64,000 nucleotides of DNA from Candidatus Adlerbacteria bacterium (GTDB lineage Bacteria; Patescibacteriota; Minisyncoccia; Phycocordibacterales; SBAW01), in NCBI GenBank assembly GCA_029288895.1, contig JARIGK010000001.1, forward strand, positions 134,682 to 198,681, in the 5' to 3' direction. The notes under the pieces were generated by a model. That model ran no database searches. It was not told the origin of the DNA and saw only the letters and a program-made list of their open reading frames with translations. Made by a program: the position numbers and the translations under genes. This document shows, one piece after another, positions 58,911-64,000 of this stretch (the first letter of the stretch is position 1; every line of letters begins with the position of its first letter).

Positions 58911-59768
58911 CTGAGTGCTGCGTACGTAGTCGTCGTACGGCATTTCTTTTTTGCCTTCGGGGATGACTTTCAAGAGTGTGAGGGTGCCATCTTCGACTAC
59001 TGCATCAGTAATGATGACGCGTTTGTTATCGCTCGTGATGAAATGCGCGCGCGGGTTTTTGTCGAATGCGCGGATTTTGAGAAGTTGCTGGTGTGCGTCG
59101 CCATTGAGGTCGATGCGCGAATCTGCATCGCTAAATTTGCGAGTGAATGTCGCAGCAGACTCGTCCTGCTCTTCGGCATCAATCTGTCCCGCGAGCCAGT
59201 GGGGAATAGTTTCCGCAAGCAAATTGCCACCTTCGGTTGCCAAGAGTTCTTCAAACTCGCTGCCTTTTGGCGGCCACTGTTCTGCTTCAAGCTCAATTCG
59301 AGCCTGCGAGATAATAGGCCCCGCGTCCATCTTTTCTGCCATCTGCATAATGGTGACGCCAGTTGCGCGCTCGTCGGCCAATATTGCTGAGAGTGCAGGC
59401 GAGGGGCCCCGGAATTTTGGCAGGAGTGATGGGTGTACGTTGAGGCATTTGCCAGCGGGCATATCGAGCAAATTTTTTGGAATCAGTTTTGCGTACGCTG
59501 CAACGACGAAGAGGTCCCATTCTGTGTTTTGAAGTTCTGCCAAAAAATCTTCATCTTTGAGTGTTGTGGGCGTCAGTACATCGATCCCACGTTCAAGCGC
59601 CCACTGCTTGGCAGGGGATGGAGTTAATTTCAAACCGCGGCCCTGAGGTTTGTCGGGCGCTGTGACAACGAGTGCGGGCAGCATGCCGTGGCGCTCAAGC
59701 GCGTCCAACACAAAGACCGAAAATTTCGGTGTACCAAAAAATGCAAAAAGAGGTTGCTTAGTGTTCAT
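58908..59768 (-). CDS. fmt: Methionyl-tRNA formyltransferase
   Basis: N-terminal formyl-transferase domain (FAFFGTPKFS, HPSLLPKFRG) and C-terminal domain. Overlaps def by 11 nt. Confidence 0.9.
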   Translation of the reverse strand: MNTKQPLFAFFGTPKFSVFVLDALERHGMLPALVVTAPDKPQGRGLKLTPSPAKQWALERGIDVLTPTTLKDEDFLAELQNTEWDLFVVAAYAKLIPKNLLDMPAGKCLNVHPSLLPKFRGPSPALSAILADERATGVTIMQMAEKMDAGPIISQARIELEAEQWPPKGSEFEELLATEGGNLLAETIPHWLAGQIDAEEQDESAATFTRKFSDADSRIDLNGDAHQQLLKIRAFDKNPRAHFITSDNKRVIITDAVVEDGTLTLLKVIPEGKKEMPYDDYVRSTQ

Positions 59769-60297
59769 CGTCGGTTTCTTTTGAATCTTCCAAGGTCACT
59801 GCCTTGTCTATATATAGTATGCCGTCCAGGTGGTCGACTTCGTGCTGGAAGATATGCGCAATAAGGCCCGAGCCATGGTACGTAAAGGGTTTGCCTTTTT
59901 CATCCCATGCTTCGATCGTCGCTTTTTCGTGGCGCATCACCGTGCCATATTTGCCGCGCACCGACAAGCATCCTTCGCCCATCTCTTTCTTCTTTTTCGA
60001 AAGGCGTTTCAGAACTGGGTTGATAAAAACAGTGGGGTACACCTTCGCAGGAATTTCTTCTGGCGTCTCAGTTTCCTCCTCGTCTTTTTTGTACGACTTC
60101 GGAGCAACAACAAAGACGCGTAGTGCGCTGCCGACTTGTGGCGCGGCAATGGCGACGCCGTGCGGCTCGTTCGCGAGTGTGTCTCTCATTTTATTGATGA
60201 GGGAGGAGAGTTCTTTTGTGCCGATGTCTTTTTTGAGTACGGCTCGTGCCTTTTCGCGTAATACGGGGGCGCCATCTTGGACGACGGGGTCTTTCAT
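59758..60297 (-). CDS. def: Peptide deformylase
   Basis: GIAAPQVG, EGCLS and HEVDHLDG metal-binding motifs. ATG at 60297; the track's N-terminal extension is discarded. Confidence 0.9.
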   Translation of the reverse strand: MKDPVVQDGAPVLREKARAVLKKDIGTKELSSLINKMRDTLANEPHGVAIAAPQVGSALRVFVVAPKSYKKDEEETETPEEIPAKVYPTVFINPVLKRLSKKKKEMGEGCLSVRGKYGTVMRHEKATIEAWDEKGKPFTYHGSGLIAHIFQHEVDHLDGILYIDKAVTLEDSKETDDEH

Positions 60298-60652
60298 GTG
60301 TGAAGATATAATGCAATATTTTTGCGAAAAAGGAAAGGGTTTCGAGAGAAGTTGTATACTGGAGCCATGGACCATATCGGCTCGCACATGAAGGGATTTG
60401 TCCGAGGAAAATCGCGTGCAACAGAGCGCGGCGAGCTGATGGAATATTTTATACAAAAACTCAATGCGTCGCGTGCACAAGACGGTTTGGCGCCGATGAC
60501 TATGGGCCGCATGGGGCGCGTGCTTGTCGGCATCCCCACCAAAGACCTCTACTTTTTAAAGAGCGTGTGCGACGATGCACAAAAGCGAAATGGCGTGAGT
60601 GCGTTTTCTAAAAAATTTTGGTGGGAAGTAAAACCTAAAGATACAAAATAAT

Positions 60653-61930
60653 ATGGCTGAGCGATTTATCGTCGAAGGGCTCGGCGGCAAAAAAGTATTG
60701 AAGGGCGAAATTAAAGTTGGTGGCGCGAAGAACGCCATCTTAAAAGGCCTCGCAGCAACTATTTTGTTTGAGGGTGATGTGGTGCTTACGAATGTGCCCG
60801 AGATCGAAGATGTCGGAGCCGAGTGCGCAATTTTGGAAGAGTTGGGGGCCACGGTCGTGCAAAAAGATGCACATACATACGTAGTTAATACCGACGGCAT
60901 TACGCATTCTGATTTGCCCGACGAGTTGGCGCGCAAAATTCGCGCATCGATTGTATTTGCAGGGCCACTGCTCGCACGCTTTGGGAAGGTTGTCTTCCCG
61001 CACCCCGGTGGTGATGTTATAGGTCCGCGCCCCATCAACCTTTTCTTAGATGGTTTTGCAAAGTTGGGCGCCACGGTGGTGCTCGAGCACGATTCGTACA
61101 CGGTCACTGCAGACAAATTGCACGGTACCGATATTAATTTCGAACCAATCAGCGTCACAGCTACAGAGACATTGATGATGGCGGCGGTGTTGGCAGAAGG
61201 CACAACGATTTTGAACAACGCTGCGCGCGAGCCCGAGATCACCGACTTAGCTTTTTATCTAAATGAGTGCGGTGCGCAGATCACGGGCGCAGGCACAAGC
61301 ACGATCACAATTGTGGGTGGTGGTATGTTGCATGCAAACGGCATTTCGTACGACACGCCGCCGGACCGTATCGAGGCGGGCACGTTTGTGTTGCTGGGAG
61401 CGCTCGCGGGCGAGAAAGTCCTCGTATCAAATTGCGTGCCCGAACATATCGAAGCGCTTACGACACTTTTGAAAAATTCTGGAGTGAAGATGGAGATAGG
61501 GAGTACTTATATAGATGTAGAAGGGTGCGAGGCGCCCAAGAGCTTTGATGTGACGACGGCAGAATATCCGGGCCTCGCGACTGACCTGCAGCCGCCGCTT
61601 GTTGTGTACCTTACGCAAGGCACGGGTGTAAGCAAACTTACAGAAACAATTTGGAAGGGGAGGCTTGCGTATACGGCAGATATTGTTGGCATGGGTGCCA
61701 AGATTGAATTGGCAGATTCGCAGCATGCGACCATTGCAGGCCCGACACCACTCCGTGCAGCAGAGCTTAAAAGCCCCGATATCCGTGCGGGGCTCGCCTT
61801 CCTTATGGCAGCGGCTATCGCTGAGGGGACATCCACAATCGACAATGTCTACCACATCGACCGAGGCTACCAACATATAGAAGAGCGCCTGCAAAAGCTC
61901 GGGCTTAACATCACGCGCGAACAAGCGTAG
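60653..61930 (+). CDS. murA: UDP-N-acetylglucosamine 1-carboxyvinyltransferase
   Basis: EPSP-synthase fold (KVGGAKNA); 425 aa. Confidence 0.9.
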   Translation: MAERFIVEGLGGKKVLKGEIKVGGAKNAILKGLAATILFEGDVVLTNVPEIEDVGAECAILEELGATVVQKDAHTYVVNTDGITHSDLPDELARKIRASIVFAGPLLARFGKVVFPHPGGDVIGPRPINLFLDGFAKLGATVVLEHDSYTVTADKLHGTDINFEPISVTATETLMMAAVLAEGTTILNNAAREPEITDLAFYLNECGAQITGAGTSTITIVGGGMLHANGISYDTPPDRIEAGTFVLLGALAGEKVLVSNCVPEHIEALTTLLKNSGVKMEIGSTYIDVEGCEAPKSFDVTTAEYPGLATDLQPPLVVYLTQGTGVSKLTETIWKGRLAYTADIVGMGAKIELADSQHATIAGPTPLRAAELKSPDIRAGLAFLMAAAIAEGTSTIDNVYHIDRGYQHIEERLQKLGLNITREQA

Positions 61931-61942
61931 AATAGCTACGCA

Positions 61943-62956
61943 ATGTCGTTTTTTACTCCAAAGCTTGGGATCGATTTGGGTACTGCAAACACGCTCGTGT
62001 TTGTGCCAGGCAAGGGCGTTGTGTTGAACGAACCGTCGGTCGTTGCCATTTCTGAAATTGATAAACGCATCTTGGCTGTTGGCAACGACGCAAAAGAAAT
62101 GATCGGCCGCACGCCGGGCGAAATTATCGCGTATCGCCCACTCAAAGACGGCGTTATCTCCGACTACCGCGTCACACAAGCGATGCTCCGCTATTTTATT
62201 GGCAAGGCATTGGGTAAGTGGCAATTCTTCCGCCCTGAAGTGATGGTCTCGGTGCCCACGGGTGTAACGTCAACAGAGCGCCGCGCCGTTGTCGAAGCTG
62301 CGGTGCGCGCAGGTGCAAAAAATGCGTATGTGGTTAAAGAGTCAGTCTTGGCCGCAATCGGTGCCGGCATTCCAATTCAAGAGCCGCGCGGCAACATGGT
62401 CGTCGACATTGGCGGCGGCACATGCGACGTGGCGGTGATATCGCTTGGCGGCATTGTTGCATCAACGTCGGTAAAGTTTGGCGGCGACAAACTCGACCAC
62501 GCCATCGCCGACTATATAAAGAAGACATACAACCTCGGTATCGGCGAAAAATCAGCAGAAGATGTAAAGATTGCCATTGGCTCTGCGGTGCCGATGGAAG
62601 AGGAATTGGTGATGACCGTGCGCGGCCGTGATTTTATTACCGGCCTCCCGCGCTCGGCAGAATTGAAGACAAACGATTTAGTCAAAGCGATGGGCAAAGA
62701 ATTGCGCGAAATTATCAAAGCGATACGCGATGTGTTGCAAGAGACGCCGCCTGAGTTGGCGTCCGACATTATCGACCGCGGCATCATCATGACAGGCGGC
62801 ACGTCACAGCTTCGCTACTTCCCAGAGTTAGTATTGCGCCGCACAGGCGTCAAAGCACGCGTCGCGGACAACCCCTTGTTTTGTGTAGCGCGCGGCACAG
62901 GCATCGCACTCGACCACTTGGACACGTACAAAAAGGCCATCATCGCCAAGCGCTAG
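61943..62956 (+). CDS. mreB: Rod-shape-determining protein MreB
   Basis: Actin-fold ATPase with GIDLGTANTLVF and DIGGGTCD motifs. Confidence 0.9.
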   Translation: MSFFTPKLGIDLGTANTLVFVPGKGVVLNEPSVVAISEIDKRILAVGNDAKEMIGRTPGEIIAYRPLKDGVISDYRVTQAMLRYFIGKALGKWQFFRPEVMVSVPTGVTSTERRAVVEAAVRAGAKNAYVVKESVLAAIGAGIPIQEPRGNMVVDIGGGTCDVAVISLGGIVASTSVKFGGDKLDHAIADYIKKTYNLGIGEKSAEDVKIAIGSAVPMEEELVMTVRGRDFITGLPRSAELKTNDLVKAMGKELREIIKAIRDVLQETPPELASDIIDRGIIMTGGTSQLRYFPELVLRRTGVKARVADNPLFCVARGTGIALDHLDTYKKAIIAKR

Positions 62957-62962
62957 CTGCCT

Positions 62963-63661
62963 ATGCATCACGCATATATATATGAAGGGCCTATGTCGTT
63001 GCACGAGCAGTTGGCCTTTGATGCGTGTACACGATTTCAATTTGAACGGAACCCCTCGACTGCGCTCGGGGCAAGTAACCCGGATGTACATATCGAACAG
63101 TGGGAGAAGTTTGGTATCGACGAAGCGCGCGAATTAAGCCAGCAGGCGGCGTTGAAAAGCACGGGCGGCCGCGGATTGTTTGTGCTTAGCATTGCACAAA
63201 TCACGAGCGAGGCGCAGCAAGCGCTTCTCAAATTATTTGAAGAGCCAGTGCAGGGGACGATATTTGTGGTGCTCGTACCGCACGGCACACTACTGCCAAC
63301 ACTCCGTTCGAGATTTATCGAATATCCGCTACTCTCCGCGCAAATTCCCTCTGCTACGCTGCAGGGCAAGAGGGAACGCTCCGCAGAGGGAATTTCCGCT
63401 ACGGAAGAGTTTTTGGCTTCGTCGTATGCGAAGCGCAGTGCGTGGGTGACAGCGTTTTTGAAAGACGAAGAAAACGTTCGTGAGCGTGCGCGAGACTTTT
63501 TGAATGAGGTGGAAACTCTGTTGCACCCTAAGATTGCGCAAAAAGACGTGCGCGAGGCATTGGCCGATATTGCACACTTCCGCAATTATCTGTCCGACCG
63601 TGCACCATCTTTGAAGATGATTCTTGAACACTTTGCTGCGACTCTGCCACAGGTGAAATAA
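62963..63661 (+). CDS. holB: DNA polymerase III delta'-like clamp-loader subunit (degenerate, no Walker A)
   Basis: HAYIYEGP and LLKLFEEP...LPTLRSRF match the AAA+ sensor region of HolB/DnaX. The P-loop is absent. Confidence 0.5.
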   Translation: MHHAYIYEGPMSLHEQLAFDACTRFQFERNPSTALGASNPDVHIEQWEKFGIDEARELSQQAALKSTGGRGLFVLSIAQITSEAQQALLKLFEEPVQGTIFVVLVPHGTLLPTLRSRFIEYPLLSAQIPSATLQGKRERSAEGISATEEFLASSYAKRSAWVTAFLKDEENVRERARDFLNEVETLLHPKIAQKDVREALADIAHFRNYLSDRAPSLKMILEHFAATLPQVK

Positions 63662-63662
63662 C

Positions 63663-64000
63663 ATGACCCCGAAGAAATGTGCCGAGAGAAAAGAAAGACT
63701 CAAGAAATTAGACAGAGCACTTAAGAAGCTTTATCCAACGGCAGAGATAGAGCTTAACTTCAGCAACCCGCTTGAGTTGCTTATTGCGGTGCAGCTTTCG
63801 GCGCAGTCGACAGACAAAAACGTCAACAAAATCACAGAGAAACTTTTTAAGAAATACAAAACTCTGGAAGATTACGTGCACGCAGGTAAGACGCAGAAGG
63901 GGAGGAATGAGTTTGAGCGTGATATTTTTGCCTCGGGGTTTTATCGTGCCAAAGCAAAAAATATTTTAGGTACAGTAAAAATGATCAAAGAGGATTTCGG
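63663..64000 (+). CDS. nth: Endonuclease III (3'-truncated by the window edge)
   Basis: ELNFSNPLELLIAVQLSAQSTDKNVN is the Nth HhH-GPD N-terminus. No stop before the window end, so it is absent from the ORF track. Confidence 0.75.
   Translation, partial: MTPKKCAERKERLKKLDRALKKLYPTAEIELNFSNPLELLIAVQLSAQSTDKNVNKITEKLFKKYKTLEDYVHAGKTQKGRNEFERDIFASGFYRAKAKNILGTVKMIKEDF

Overview
This 64 kb window reads as a compact, gene-dense bacterial chromosome segment. Most genes carry a strong Shine-Dalgarno site and end in a GC-rich hairpin plus T-run terminator, several of them bidirectional. Small-genome features (DUF5659, a Gmad2 domain, a degenerate HolB-like clamp-loader subunit, a sortase) suggest a Gram-positive-like, possibly Patescibacteria/CPR-like lineage. 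That is inference only; no lineage marker such as 16S is in the window.

Core housekeeping genes:
- the 3' part of rpoC (the window starts inside the gene), then the dnaG-rpoD macromolecular-synthesis pair followed by a Cas4-like PD-(D/E)XK nuclease;
- hisS and truB;
- a class Ia ribonucleotide reductase operon (nrdA-nrdB) with a 310 bp leader;
- mltG, and def-fmt;
- murA, mreB, a HolB-like gene and the start of nth.

Accessory content:
1. A cell-envelope lipid/glycan locus at 18.4-21.5 kb: Gmad2, a PAP2/sphingomyelin-synthase-like protein, a GT4 glycosyltransferase and DedA.
2. A two-component hub at 27-35 kb: one OmpR-type response regulator, two paralogous membrane hybrid histidine kinases, a free-standing 69-aa DHp (H-box) mini-protein, and small Cys proteins.
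3. A sortase locus at 35.4-38.4 kb: a sortase, a VPNTG-type substrate, an S/T-rich surface protein and a CAP-domain protein. Its divergent promoter region holds an OmpR-like GTGAA direct-repeat array and a palindrome.
4. A bacterial SET-domain methyltransferase.
5. A GC-rich orphan TctC/Bug binding protein plus a Usg-like gene, which look horizontally acquired.
6. A KAP-family P-loop NTPase (PifA-like) next to a small protein gene with a near-consensus promoter.
7. An ~8 kb genomic island at 45.3-53.4 kb integrated at tRNA-Asn(GTT). It carries a large serine recombinase broken by a frameshift in a T6 run, a LexA/UmuD-like plus Y-family polymerase cassette, DUF5659, a Cys-rich secreted protein and att-like direct repeats.
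8. A GC3-rich cluster of six uncharacterised membrane/small protein genes at 54.6-58.9 kb.

No CRISPR array, rRNA gene, reverse transcriptase or transposase was seen.
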